Below are positions 28,083-37,626 of a stretch of DNA of 61,271 bases, in pieces; the stretch's first letter is position 1, and every line of letters starts with the position of its first letter. Origin of the DNA: Thermoanaerobaculia bacterium (GTDB lineage: Bacteria > Acidobacteriota > Thermoanaerobaculia > UBA5066 > Gp7-AA6). The stretch is from positions 1-61,271 of the forward strand of contig DATIBN010000268.1 of the NCBI GenBank assembly GCA_035457525.1, written 5' to 3'. The notes below the pieces were generated by a model. It was given only the letters and a program-made list of their open reading frames with translations. It did no database searches and was not told where the DNA came from. The position numbers and the translations under genes are program-made.

Positions 28083-29105
28083 ATGAGCCTTGCGGTCTCG
28101 AAGGAGCGCCTGCTCGACCTCGTCTCTTCCTTCGCGGGCCGTCGGTTGCTCGTCGCCGGCGACTACGTCCTCGACCGGTTCGTTTTCGGTCACCCCAAGC
28201 GCATCAGCCGCGAGGCGCCGGTCCTGATCCTCCGCTTCTGGAAGGAGGAGAACCTGCCCGGCGCGGCCGGAAACACGGCTGCAAACGTCCGATCCCTCGG
28301 GGGGGTGCCCCTGCCCGTCGGAGCCGTCGGCGACGACGAGGCCGGCGCAACCTTGAGGACGATCTTCCACGAGCGCGGTATCTCGACCGAGGGCCTCGTG
28401 GACGTCCCGGGGTACGCGACTCCGACGAAGACTCGCGTGCTCGCCGGGGGCGCTCACTCGATCAAGCAGCAGGTCGTGCGGTACGACCTCGAAGAGCGGC
28501 TGCCCGGCGACGCACGCCTTCGCGAGAGGATCGCGGAGCGGCTCTCGGTCGCCGCCGCGGGCGCGGCGGCCGCGGTGCTCTCGGACTACGGATACGGATC
28601 GATCTCTCCCGCCGCCGTCGCTCCGCTGCGCGCGAAGCTCCCGCCGGGCGCTCCCCTTCTCGTGGACTCGCGACACTCGCTCGGTCTCTACGCGGGAGTC
28701 GACGCCGCGACTCCCAACGAGGAGGAGCTCGAAGAGTCGGCCGGCGGACCGATCGGTGATGCTCCCGAGTCGCTGGCCGCGGCCGGCGACCGGCTTCGCG
28801 CGCGGATCGGGTGCCCGACGCTCCTCGTCACCCGCGGCTCGCGCGGGATGGCCCTCTTCGACGGCGGTCCGCGTCCCACGCTCATTCCGGTGCACGGCAC
28901 GGATCAGGTCGCCGACGTCACGGGCGCCGGAGACACGGTCCTCGCGACCTTCTCACTTGCGCTCGCGTCGGGAGCCTCACCGCTCGAAGCGGCGCTGCTC
29001 GCGAACTTCGCGGGGGGAGTCGTCGTCATGAAGATGGGGACGGCGACGGCCTCGGCCGACGAGCTCGCGCAGGCGATCGCGTCCGATCGGACGCTCACCG
29101 CGTGA
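28083..29105 (+). CDS. hldA: D-glycero-beta-D-manno-heptose-7-phosphate kinase (RfaE domain I, PfkB family)
   Basis: PfkB sugar kinase motifs ([18 protein letters not shown]). Context with the heptose adenylyltransferase and heptosyltransferases. Confidence 0.8.
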   Translation: MSLAVSKERLLDLVSSFAGRRLLVAGDYVLDRFVFGHPKRISREAPVLILRFWKEENLPGAAGNTAANVRSLGGVPLPVGAVGDDEAGATLRTIFHERGISTEGLVDVPGYATPTKTRVLAGGAHSIKQQVVRYDLEERLPGDARLRERIAERLSVAAAGAAAAVLSDYGYGSISPAAVAPLRAKLPPGAPLLVDSRHSLGLYAGVDAATPNEEELEESAGGPIGDAPESLAAAGDRLRARIGCPTLLVTRGSRGMALFDGGPRPTLIPVHGTDQVADVTGAGDTVLATFSLALASGASPLEAALLANFAGGVVVMKMGTATASADELAQAIASDRTLTA

Positions 29106-29620
29106 GCGGCGCGCCCCGCTCCTCCGCCGCGAAGATCGTGACCCGCGCCGAAGCCGTGCGCCGGGCGGCCGCAGAACGGAGGGCCGGACGCCGCGTCGTC
29201 TTCGCCAACGGCGCGTTCGATCTCCTCCACGCCGGCCACGTGCGTTACCTCGAGGCCGCCCGCGCCGAGGGGGACTGGCTCGTCGTCGCCGTCAACTCCG
29301 ACGCGTCGGTCGCGCGGGCGAAGGGGGACGGACGTCCGATCGTGCCCGCCGACGAGCGCGCGGAGATCGTGGCGGCGCTCGAGTGTGTCGACGCCGTCGT
29401 CGTCTTCGAGGAGGACTCCCCCGCCGGTCTCCTCTCGGAGCTCCAGCCCGACGTGCACGCGAAGGGAACGGACTACACGCCCGAGTCAGTGCCGGAGCGG
29501 GAGGTAGTCGCTCGATACGGAGGGCAGACGGTGGTCGTCGGGGATCCGAAGCGGCACGCCACGACGGAGCTGATCGAAAGGATCCGGGAAACGGGAAACG
29601 GGAAACGGGAAACGAAATGA
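29102..29620 (+). CDS. hldC: D-glycero-beta-D-manno-heptose-1-phosphate adenylyltransferase (RfaE domain II)
   Basis: GTG at 29102 (GTGA overlap). Cytidylyltransferase signature [18 protein letters not shown]. 172 aa. The C-terminal [10 protein letters not shown] is encoded by the heptad repeat. Confidence 0.8.
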   Translation: MSGAPRSSAAKIVTRAEAVRRAAAERRAGRRVVFANGAFDLLHAGHVRYLEAARAEGDWLVVAVNSDASVARAKGDGRPIVPADERAEIVAALECVDAVVVFEEDSPAGLLSELQPDVHAKGTDYTPESVPEREVVARYGGQTVVVGDPKRHATTELIERIRETGNGKRETK

Positions 29621-29669
29621 GGCGGCTCCGGTGCTCCTCGTTTTCCGTTTTCCGTTTTCCGTTTTACGG
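29584..29669 (+). repeat. Long hairpin made of (GGGAAAC)x4 and its imperfect complement (GTTTTCC)x3 plus GTTTTAC
   Basis: Left arm 29586-29613, right arm 29640-29667, loop about 24 nt containing the hldC stop codon. Every heptad pairs with one G-T (G.U in RNA) position on the + strand. The stem ends 4 nt before the waaC ATG. Confidence 0.9.
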
Positions 29670-29672
29670 CCC

Positions 29673-30632
29673 ATGCGTCTCCTGATCGTCCGCCTCTCCT
29701 CTCTCGGCGACGTCATTCACACGCTTCCGGTGGCGGCGAACGCACACCGGGCGGGGGCCCACGTGTTCTGGGTGGTGGAGGCCGCCTACCGGGACCTGCT
29801 GGCTGCGGACCCCGACGTCGAGCGCGTGATCGTCGCGGACACGAAGGGATGGCGGCGCCGTCCGATCTCGCCGCGCACGGTCTCGGAGATCGCCGCGCTC
29901 CGCCGCGAGCTCCGGGAGCTCGCGCCCGACGTGACCATCGACGCGCAGGGCCTCTGGAAGTCCGCCCTGATCTCGCGATTCGCGGGCGCTTCCGTCGTGG
30001 GTTTTTCCGCGTTGAGCCGGAGGGAGCCGACGTCGGCGGTTCTCGGGAATCGACCGGTTCAGCCGCTCGCCGGCTGTCACGTCGTGGACCGGAACCTCTC
30101 TCTCGCAGAGGCGGCGGGAATCCCGATCACGGATCGCTTTCCGGACGCCCGCTTCCTGCTCGCCCGACCCGCGCCCGAGGCCGACGCGTTCCTGGCCGGC
30201 CAGCCGCGGCCGTTCGCGCTCTACCACCCCGGCGCGGGCCGGCCCGAGAAGACCTGGGGCGAGGAGCGGTTCGCGGTGCTCGCCCGGCTTCTCGCGAAGA
30301 GTCCCGGACTCTCTCCCGTCCTGTCGTGGGGACCGGGAGACGAGAGCCGCGTCCGCCGCCTCCAAGCGCTCGCGCCGGAGATGCGCGTTCTCCCGGCGCT
30401 GACGCTGACCGCGCTGGCGCACGTCATCGCGCGCGCGTCGCTTCTCGTCGCGGGCGACACCGGCCCCCTGCACCTGGCCGACGCGCTCGGAACCTCGACG
30501 CTCGCCCTTTTCGGCCCCACCGACCCGGCGCGAAACGGCCCGTACCGCAGCCCCGGATCGGCCGTGCGCTACGATTCGAAGACGGGCCCCGAAGAGGTTG
30601 CCCGCCGGGCGCTCGAGGTGCTTGCGGCCTGA
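29673..30632 (+). CDS. waaC: ADP-heptose:LPS heptosyltransferase I (GT9)
   Basis: MRLLIVRLSSLGDVIHTLP... (E. coli WaaC begins MRVLIVKTSSMGDVLHTLP), IDAQGLWKSA, GDTGPLHLADALGT. Confidence 0.85.
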   Translation: MRLLIVRLSSLGDVIHTLPVAANAHRAGAHVFWVVEAAYRDLLAADPDVERVIVADTKGWRRRPISPRTVSEIAALRRELRELAPDVTIDAQGLWKSALISRFAGASVVGFSALSRREPTSAVLGNRPVQPLAGCHVVDRNLSLAEAAGIPITDRFPDARFLLARPAPEADAFLAGQPRPFALYHPGAGRPEKTWGEERFAVLARLLAKSPGLSPVLSWGPGDESRVRRLQALAPEMRVLPALTLTALAHVIARASLLVAGDTGPLHLADALGTSTLALFGPTDPARNGPYRSPGSAVRYDSKTGPEEVARRALEVLAA

Positions 30633-30633
30633 A

Positions 30634-30725
30634 GGGGTCAGGTCTTCACTGATCGCCGAACCGCGGAACAGGGACAAAAGGCCTTGCCACATTGCGAAGC
30701 GATGTGGCAAGTGGAGACCTGACCC
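30634..30725. repeat. 92-bp subfamily B element (GGGGTCAGGTCTTCAC...GTGGCAAGTGGAGACCTGACCCC), inverted relative to the 15117 copy
   Basis: Begins 1 nt after the waaC stop. Its right end is the reverse complement of the left end of the 15117 element, and vice versa. Confidence 0.85.
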
Positions 30726-30769
30726 CATCATGGGAACGAATTGCTGACATCTCTCGTTCTGCTGCGCGC

Positions 30770-31504
30770 TTGAACCCGGCCCGCTTTCTCCTCGGCGCGC
30801 TCCTCCTCGCGCTCTCGCTCGCTCCGGCCGCCTCCGCGCAGCCGGTGCCGGATTCGCGCCCCCTCTTCCTCGGGGAGAAGCTTCGGTTCGCGATGTCGAT
30901 CCTCGGCGCGGCGGGCGGCGAGCTCACGCTGTCGGCGACGGAGACCCAGATCGACGGCCGGGCCGCCTGGAAGTTCGAGCTCTCCGCGATCTCCGGCGAA
31001 TTCCTTTCGAAGATCTTCATCGTGCGCGACTATCTGGCGTCCTGGGTCGATCCGAAGACCTTTCGATCACTGCGCTTCGAAAAGCACACCGTCGAAGGCA
31101 AGCGCGTTCGGGACGACCTGATCGAGTTCGACTACGAAAAGAAGATCGCGTACCGCGACGGGAAGCCGATCCAAATCGAGGCGAACACGTTCGACACGCT
31201 TTCCTCGATCTATTACATCCGCCTCCTCGACTTGAACCGCAGCGAGCCGATTTCTCTGACGGTCGTGTCGCGCCGACTCTTTCCGCTTTCGGTCGTCGTC
31301 AAGGGGCGCGAGACCGTGACCACTCCCGCCGGGACCTTCAAGACGATCCGCGTCGAGCCGCAGGGCCCCGAGGGGCTGATCGGCAAGGGCAAGACTCTGA
31401 CGCTGTGGCTCACCGACGATGAACGAAAGATGCCCGTCCAGATCAAGTCGAAGCTCAAGGTCGGAACCTTGACCGGCAAGCTCAAGGCCATTGAGAAGCC
31501 GTAG
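30770..31504 (+). CDS. DUF3108 domain-containing secreted protein
   Basis: Signal peptide LNPARFLLGALLLALSLAPAASAQ, then a beta-rich sequence typical of DUF3108 (..FIVRDYLASWVDPKTF..). The start is uncertain: TTG 30770 is preferred, and TTG 30692 or GTG 30704 would lie inside the repeat element. Confidence 0.6.
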   Translation: MNPARFLLGALLLALSLAPAASAQPVPDSRPLFLGEKLRFAMSILGAAGGELTLSATETQIDGRAAWKFELSAISGEFLSKIFIVRDYLASWVDPKTFRSLRFEKHTVEGKRVRDDLIEFDYEKKIAYRDGKPIQIEANTFDTLSSIYYIRLLDLNRSEPISLTVVSRRLFPLSVVVKGRETVTTPAGTFKTIRVEPQGPEGLIGKGKTLTLWLTDDERKMPVQIKSKLKVGTLTGKLKAIEKP

Positions 31505-31575
31505 CGGGAAGCTCCGATGTGTCTGTCCTCACTTTTGACAGAACGGCCTCGAAGCCTTACCCTGTGTCGCTCTCC

Positions 31576-33408
31576 ATGGTCGTAAAACTGGGCGAACTCC
31601 TCTTGAGCGCGAAGCTCGTCACCCCCGAGCAGGTCGAGGCCGCGCTGAAGTCCCAGCGGGAGGAGGGGGGCAAGTTCGGCGAGGCCCTGATCCGCCTGGG
31701 AGCCGTCTCCGAGACCGACATCACCGAGACTCTTTCTCAGCAGTTCGGCGTGCCGTCGATCGACCTCGCGCATTTCGAGATCGATCCCACCGTGATCAAA
31801 GTCGTCCCGGGAGAGGTGGCGCGCAAGTACGGCGTCCTTCCCGTGAACAAGACCGGAGCGACGCTGACCATCGCGATGTCCGACCCGACGAACGTCTTCG
31901 CCATGGACGACATCAAGTTCATGACGGGCTACAACGTCGAGCCGGTCGTTGCCTCGGAAGCGTCGCTGCGGCGCGCGATCGACAAGCACTACGGCACGCC
32001 GCGATCGGTCGTTCTGAAGGAGCGGCCGAAGGGAGCCACGACCGGCAGCGCGCCGTCGGAGGGCGGAATCGACGACCTCATGAGCTCCGCGCTGACCATC
32101 GACGACATGGCGAGCGTCGGTCTCTCCGAAATGAACATGGACGAGATCACCGGCTTCGACACCGGTGAGGTCGACGTCGTCCGCGGGGAGGAAGGTCAGG
32201 AAATCGACCTGACCGATCTCGCCAAGTCCTCGGAGTCCGCGCCGATCATCAAGGTCTCGAACCTGATCCTGATCGAGGCGCTCAAGGCGGGCGCGTCCGA
32301 CGTCCACGTCGAGCCTTACGAGAAGGAGTTCCGCGTCCGGTTCCGCGTGGACGGGATCCTCCACAACATCATGTCGCTGCCGATGCGCACGCGCGATCCC
32401 CTGATCTCGCGCCTGAAGATCATGGCCAAGCTCGACATCTCCGAGAAGCGGCTCCCCCAGGACGGCCGGATCAAGATCCGCCTGAGAGTCGAGGAGCGCA
32501 CGCGGGACCTCGACCTTCGCGTTTCGGTCGTTCCGACGCACTTCGGCGAGAAAGTCGTCATGCGGCTTCTCGACAAATCGCGCCTGCAGCTCGACATGAC
32601 CCAGCTCGGCTTCGACCAGGAGCCGCTGCGCCGGTTCAAAGAGGCCATCGACAAGCCGTACGGCATCGTCCTCGTCACGGGCCCCACCGGCTCCGGCAAG
32701 ACGAACACCCTCTATTCGGCCATCGCGCAGTTGAACGACCCGGCCGTGAACATCCTCACCGCCGAGGACCCGATCGAGTTCAACCTCGCCGGTATCAACC
32801 AGGTGCAGATGAAGGAGCAGATCGGACTCACGTTCGCATCCGCGATGCGCTCGTTCCTGCGTCAGGACCCCGACATCATCCTCGTCGGAGAGATCCGCGA
32901 CTTCGAGACGGCGGAGATCGCCGTCAAGGCGGCGCTGACCGGACACCTCGTGCTCTCCACGCTGCACACGAACGACGCGCCCTCGACGGTGAACCGTCTC
33001 ATGAACATGGGGATCGAGCCCTTCCTCGTGGCGACGTCGATCAACTGCATCGCGGCTCAGCGCCTCGTGCGCAAGGTCTGCACGAACTGCGCGGAGGACG
33101 TGGACACCTCGCCGCAGATCCTGATCCAGGTCGGCTTCGCGCCCGACGAGGTCAAGTCCTTGAAGATCAAGCGCGGCCGCGGGTGCGACAAGTGCAAGAA
33201 CACCGGATACAAGGGGAGGATCGGGCTCTTCGAGGTCCTCCTCTTCTCCGACGAGATCCGGGACATGATCCTGTCGGGCGCCTCCTCGATCGAGTTGAAA
33301 CGGAGGGGAATCGAGGAGGGGATGGTCACCCTTCGCAACGGCGGTCTGCAGAAGGTGCGGGACGGAATCACGACCCTCGAAGAGGTGCTGAGAGAAACGG
33401 TTGTCTGA
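31576..33408 (+). CDS. pilB: Type IV pilus assembly ATPase PilB
   Basis: MVVKLGELLLSAKLVTPEQVEAAL (T2SSE N domain), Walker A GPTGSGKTNT, ILVGEIRD, GHLVLSTLHTND, CTNC...CDKC. Gene order is pilB-pilT-pilC. Confidence 0.9.
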   Translation: MVVKLGELLLSAKLVTPEQVEAALKSQREEGGKFGEALIRLGAVSETDITETLSQQFGVPSIDLAHFEIDPTVIKVVPGEVARKYGVLPVNKTGATLTIAMSDPTNVFAMDDIKFMTGYNVEPVVASEASLRRAIDKHYGTPRSVVLKERPKGATTGSAPSEGGIDDLMSSALTIDDMASVGLSEMNMDEITGFDTGEVDVVRGEEGQEIDLTDLAKSSESAPIIKVSNLILIEALKAGASDVHVEPYEKEFRVRFRVDGILHNIMSLPMRTRDPLISRLKIMAKLDISEKRLPQDGRIKIRLRVEERTRDLDLRVSVVPTHFGEKVVMRLLDKSRLQLDMTQLGFDQEPLRRFKEAIDKPYGIVLVTGPTGSGKTNTLYSAIAQLNDPAVNILTAEDPIEFNLAGINQVQMKEQIGLTFASAMRSFLRQDPDIILVGEIRDFETAEIAVKAALTGHLVLSTLHTNDAPSTVNRLMNMGIEPFLVATSINCIAAQRLVRKVCTNCAEDVDTSPQILIQVGFAPDEVKSLKIKRGRGCDKCKNTGYKGRIGLFEVLLFSDEIRDMILSGASSIELKRRGIEEGMVTLRNGGLQKVRDGITTLEEVLRETVV

Positions 33409-33564
33409 GGGTCCCCTGCCGCCGGCAGGGCCCGGGCCCCTCCGGAGGGCCGGCCGGCCGCTCCCGGCCGGGGCCGGACACCCGAAACACCCCTCCCGGG
33501 GGGCGCGACCCCTGCTAAACTAGACTTTAGTTCAAGACAACTTACTCGCGAGGGCCGTCAAAAA

Positions 33565-34686
33565 ATGGCAGGGGAAGCGACTCTTCACCAGCTCTTGAAG
33601 CAGATGGTGGAAATGGGGGCGTCCGACCTCCACCTGACCACTAATTCTCCACCGATGGTGCGACTGGACGGCCGGCTGCTGCCGCTGCCCTATCCGCCGC
33701 TGACCGTGGCCGAGACCAAGCAGATCGCTTACTCGGTCCTGACCGACAACCAGAAGCATCGGTTCGAGGAGAACCTCGAGCTCGACTTCTCATTCGGCGT
33801 GAAAGGGCTGGCCCGGTTCCGGGCGAACAACTTCATGCAGCGTGGCGCCGTCGGAGGCGTCTACCGGCAGATCCCGTACCAGATCCTGGGCTTCCGCGAG
33901 CTCGGCCTGCCGCCGGTCGTCGAGCTCCTCTGCGAGAAGCCTCGCGGCTTGATCCTCGTCACCGGACCGACCGGTTCGGGGAAGACGACGACCCTCGCCG
34001 CGATGATGGACAAGATCAACCGGGAGAAGCAGCTCCACATCGTGACGATCGAGGACCCGATCGAGTTCCTCCACACCCACAAGAAGTGCATCGTCAACCA
34101 GCGCGAGCTTCACGCGGACACGCACTCGTTCCCGAACGCGCTGCGATCGGTCCTCCGCGAAGATCCGGACGTCGTCCTCGTCGGTGAAATGCGCGACCTC
34201 GAGACCATCGAGGCCGCCCTGCGAATCGCCGAGACGGGCCACCTGACGCTCGCGACCCTGCACACGAACAGCGCCGCGTCGTCGATCAACCGCATCATCG
34301 ACGTCTTCCCGGCGCACCAGCAGACCCAGATCCGCACGCAGCTGTCGTTCGTGCTGGAGGGGATCCTGTGCCAGGCGCTGCTCGAGCGGGCGAGCGGCAA
34401 GGGCCGCGTAATGGCGATGGAGATCCTCGTACCCAACGCGGCCATCCGCAACCTGATCCGGGAAGACAAGATTCACCAGATCTACTCGATGATGCAGGCC
34501 GGACAGTCGAAGTTCGGAATGCAGACCTTCAACCAGTCGCTCGCGACGCTCTACCACCGCAAGCTGATCACCCTCGAGAGCGCTCTCCTGCGCTCCTCCA
34601 GCCCCGACGAGTTGCAGGAGCTCATCAATCGCGGAGCCGGCGTGAACGTCCCGACGGCCGCCGCCGCCGCCGGAAAGAGGAGCTGA
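33565..34686 (+). CDS. pilT: Type IV pilus retraction ATPase PilT
   Basis: ASDLHL, GPTGSGKTTT, VLVGEMRD, GHLTLATLHTNSA, and the PilT-specific FPAHQQTQIRTQL block. Confidence 0.92.
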   Translation: MAGEATLHQLLKQMVEMGASDLHLTTNSPPMVRLDGRLLPLPYPPLTVAETKQIAYSVLTDNQKHRFEENLELDFSFGVKGLARFRANNFMQRGAVGGVYRQIPYQILGFRELGLPPVVELLCEKPRGLILVTGPTGSGKTTTLAAMMDKINREKQLHIVTIEDPIEFLHTHKKCIVNQRELHADTHSFPNALRSVLREDPDVVLVGEMRDLETIEAALRIAETGHLTLATLHTNSAASSINRIIDVFPAHQQTQIRTQLSFVLEGILCQALLERASGKGRVMAMEILVPNAAIRNLIREDKIHQIYSMMQAGQSKFGMQTFNQSLATLYHRKLITLESALLRSSSPDELQELINRGAGVNVPTAAAAAGKRS

Positions 34687-34688
34687 CC

Positions 34689-35891
34689 GTGCCGAGCTAC
34701 GCCTGGAAGGGACGCAACCGGGCCGGGATGGTGCAGGAAGGCGCGCTCGTCGCGGAATCGAAGGAGCTCGCCCTCGCGCAACTGCGCCGCCAGAACATCG
34801 TCGTCACCGGAATCCGCGAGCGCGGCAAGGAAATCTCTCTCACGAAAGTCGGGAGGAAGGTCCCCCCGAAGCTCCTGGCGGTCTTCACCCGGCAGTTCTC
34901 GGTCATGATCGATGCGGGTCTTCCGCTCGTCCAGTGCCTCGAGATCCTGGCGCTCCAGCAGGAGCACAAGAACTTCCAGAAGATCCTGCTGCAGGTGCGG
35001 CAGGACGTCGAGGCCGGCTCGACGCTCGCCGACGCGATGCGACGTCACCCCAAGGCGTTCGACACGCTGTACGTGAACATGATCGCGGCGGGCGAGGCGG
35101 GCGGTATCCTCGACACGATCCTCCAGCGCCTGTCGGTCTACATCGAGAAAGCCGTCAAGCTGCGCTCGCAGGTGCGGTCCGCCCTCATCTACCCGGTGGC
35201 GGTCATCGTGATCGCCGCGGTCGTCGTGGCGGTCATCCTCCTGAAGGTCATTCCGACGTTCGCCGCCCTCTTCACGAGCCTCGGGGCCGAGCTCCCCTTC
35301 CCGACGCGGGTCGTGATCGCGGCGTCCAATTTCCTCGCGCGCTACTTCATCTTCTTCGTCATCGGCATCGCCGTGGCGGCGTACGCGGTCCGGCGCTACT
35401 ACCGGACGTACCGGGGCCGTCGCGTGATCGATGGGCTCCTGTTGAAGCTCCCGATCCTGGGAATGATCCTTCGCAAGATCGCGGTCGCGCGCTTCTGCCG
35501 CACTCTCGCGACGCTCACGTCGTCGGGCGTTCCCATTCTCGAGAGCCTCGAGATCACGGCGCGGACGGCCGGCAACGCCATCGTCGAGGACGCCGTGCTG
35601 GAAACGCGGAAGAGCGTCGAAGGCGGTAAGACGATCGTCGAGCCGCTCAAGGACTCCAACGTCTTTCCGAACATGGTCGTGCAGATGATCGGCGTGGGCG
35701 AGCAGACCGGTGCGCTCGACGCGATGTTGAACAAGATCGCAGACTTTTACGAGGACGAAGTGGACGCGGCGGTCCAGGGCCTCGTCAAGCTGATGGAGCC
35801 CGTCATGATCTTCATACTCGGCGTCATCATCGGCGGCATCGTCATCGCCATGTACCTGCCGATGTTCACGCTGATCAACAAGATCGGATAG
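34689..35891 (+). CDS. pilC: Type IV pilus platform protein PilC
   Basis: GTG 2 nt after the pilT stop. Two GspF repeats (MIDAGLPLVQCLEIL; LTSSGVPILESLEI). 400 aa. Confidence 0.9.
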   Translation: MPSYAWKGRNRAGMVQEGALVAESKELALAQLRRQNIVVTGIRERGKEISLTKVGRKVPPKLLAVFTRQFSVMIDAGLPLVQCLEILALQQEHKNFQKILLQVRQDVEAGSTLADAMRRHPKAFDTLYVNMIAAGEAGGILDTILQRLSVYIEKAVKLRSQVRSALIYPVAVIVIAAVVVAVILLKVIPTFAALFTSLGAELPFPTRVVIAASNFLARYFIFFVIGIAVAAYAVRRYYRTYRGRRVIDGLLLKLPILGMILRKIAVARFCRTLATLTSSGVPILESLEITARTAGNAIVEDAVLETRKSVEGGKTIVEPLKDSNVFPNMVVQMIGVGEQTGALDAMLNKIADFYEDEVDAAVQGLVKLMEPVMIFILGVIIGGIVIAMYLPMFTLINKIG

Positions 35892-35994
35892 CGCGGGCCA
35901 AAGAGGAAGTACGGACACCGGCCGCGCGCGTCTTTCCGTCACCGCACCTCCGAACGCGGCCGATTCGCTCCGGCGGTCGCTCGGGCTGCTGTCG

Positions 35995-37626
35995 ATGGCG
36001 AGGATCATCGTCCTCGCCTTCATCCTGCTGTCGGCCGTGCTCATGCAGGCGGGCATCGGCGCGGCTGCGGAGATCTCCTTCCTCTACCGGCTTCTCGGGG
36101 GCGCGTTCCTTCTCTCCGTCTTCCACTGGACCATGGGCCGCTTTCTGCGGCCGGCTCTGGACGCCTGGATCCAGGTCATCGGGGACCTCGGGCTCGTCAC
36201 CCTCCTCGTGTACTCGACCGGCGGCCCCGACTCGGTCTTCACCTTCCTGTACATCGTCGTCATCGGCACGGCCGGTTTCCTTCTCCACCGCATCGGCGCC
36301 GTGGTCACCGCCTCGACCGCCGCGGTCCTGTACGGCTCGATGGTGGAGCTCGTCGCCTTCGGCGTCCTGCCCGTCCCGCCGTTCGCTTCCCTCTCGGAGT
36401 GGAGCGGTCCGCAGGTGCGCTACAACCTGGCGATCAACGTCCTCGCCTTCCTGGGCGTCGCCTTCATGGTCGCGTACCTCTCCGAGAAGCTGCACTCCGC
36501 GCGCGAGGAGCTCACCCGGCGCCAGAGGGCGCTCGCCCGCCTTCAGCACCTGTATGCGAACGTCATCGCCTCGATGTCGTCGGGGCTGCTGACGACCGAC
36601 TCGCGGCAGCGGGTCACGTTCCTGAACCCTCCGGGGGGCGAGATGCTCGGGCTCGACCCCGCCGCGATCACCGGCCGTTTCCTCGCGGAGCTCGAGCTCC
36701 CCTTCCCGTGCAACTGGGAGAGCATCCGCACCCGCGCGCGCGGCCGGGAACCCTATCGGGCGGAAACCGAGTTCGAGCGGGTACCCGGAAACCGCCGCGT
36801 GCTCGGCTACTCCCTGCGCGTGCTCGAGGGCGCCGAAGGTGACGAGGGGACTCTGATCCTCTTCCAGGACCTGACCGAAGTGAAGAAGCTGGAGCGGAGG
36901 GCGCGTTTCAACGAGCAGCTCGCCGCAGTGGGCGAGCTCGCCGCGGGAATCGCCCACGAGATCCGCAATCCGCTCGCGTCGATCTCCGGCTCCGTGCAGG
37001 TGCTCTCGAACGAGCTCTCGGTTGGATCGACGGAGCGCCGGTTGATGGAGATCATCGTTTCGGAGTCGAACCGGCTCTCCGGCATCCTGGAGGAGTTCCT
37101 GCGGTTCGTGCGGCCGCAGGAGCGACGCGTCGCGTCGTTCGACGTGGCGACCACGATCTCGGAGGTCATGGAGATCTTCCGGCTGTCCGACGAGGTTTCC
37201 GACGCTCACGTGATCGAGCTCGACGTTTCCCCCGGCTCGTCCACGCTTTCGGGAGATCGCGATCAGATCCGCCAGATCATCTACAACATGGCCAAGAACG
37301 CGGTCCGCGCGATGGACGCGGGCGGAAAACTGACGATCTCGGGGCGCGAAGAGGGAGGCTGGTACGTCATCCGGTTCTCCGACACCGGCCGCGGGATGAG
37401 CTCCGATGAAATCGCGCGGATTTTCACTCCCTTCTCCACCGCTTTCGACGGTGGCACCGGACTTGGAATGGCCATCGTGCGAAGAATCGTCGAGGACCAC
37501 GGCGGCGTCATCGATGTGGAGTCCCGACCGGGCGAGGGGACGACCGTCACGATTCAACTTCCGCGCGTTGCCCACGCGCCAGAGGCCGTGGAGAGAACGG
37601 CCATTCCGATGGGAGTAGCCGGATGA
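35995..37626 (+). CDS. pilS: Sensor histidine kinase PilS-like (polytopic N-terminus, PAS, HisKA, HATPase)
   Basis: About 5-6 TM helices, H-box AHEIRNPL, N/G boxes (NMAKNAVRA, DTGRGM, GTGLGMAIV). Immediately precedes the sigma-54 activator. Confidence 0.8.
   Translation: MARIIVLAFILLSAVLMQAGIGAAAEISFLYRLLGGAFLLSVFHWTMGRFLRPALDAWIQVIGDLGLVTLLVYSTGGPDSVFTFLYIVVIGTAGFLLHRIGAVVTASTAAVLYGSMVELVAFGVLPVPPFASLSEWSGPQVRYNLAINVLAFLGVAFMVAYLSEKLHSAREELTRRQRALARLQHLYANVIASMSSGLLTTDSRQRVTFLNPPGGEMLGLDPAAITGRFLAELELPFPCNWESIRTRARGREPYRAETEFERVPGNRRVLGYSLRVLEGAEGDEGTLILFQDLTEVKKLERRARFNEQLAAVGELAAGIAHEIRNPLASISGSVQVLSNELSVGSTERRLMEIIVSESNRLSGILEEFLRFVRPQERRVASFDVATTISEVMEIFRLSDEVSDAHVIELDVSPGSSTLSGDRDQIRQIIYNMAKNAVRAMDAGGKLTISGREEGGWYVIRFSDTGRGMSSDEIARIFTPFSTAFDGGTGLGMAIVRRIVEDHGGVIDVESRPGEGTTVTIQLPRVAHAPEAVERTAIPMGVAG

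Noticed and set aside
31213-32967. 584-aa - strand ORF antisense to pilB, with similar antisense ORFs over gspE (18210..19691), pilT (33790..34557), pilC (34551..36056) and pilS (35875..37575)
   Set aside because: The sense-strand proteins carry complete Walker, His-box and GspF motifs. The antisense products have no recognisable motifs.
33409-33564. GC-rich palindromes after pilB as intrinsic terminators
   Set aside because: Short stems such as CCCTGC...GCAGGG and CCCTCC/GGAGGG are present, but none is followed by a T tract. In DNA this GC-rich such stems are expected by chance.
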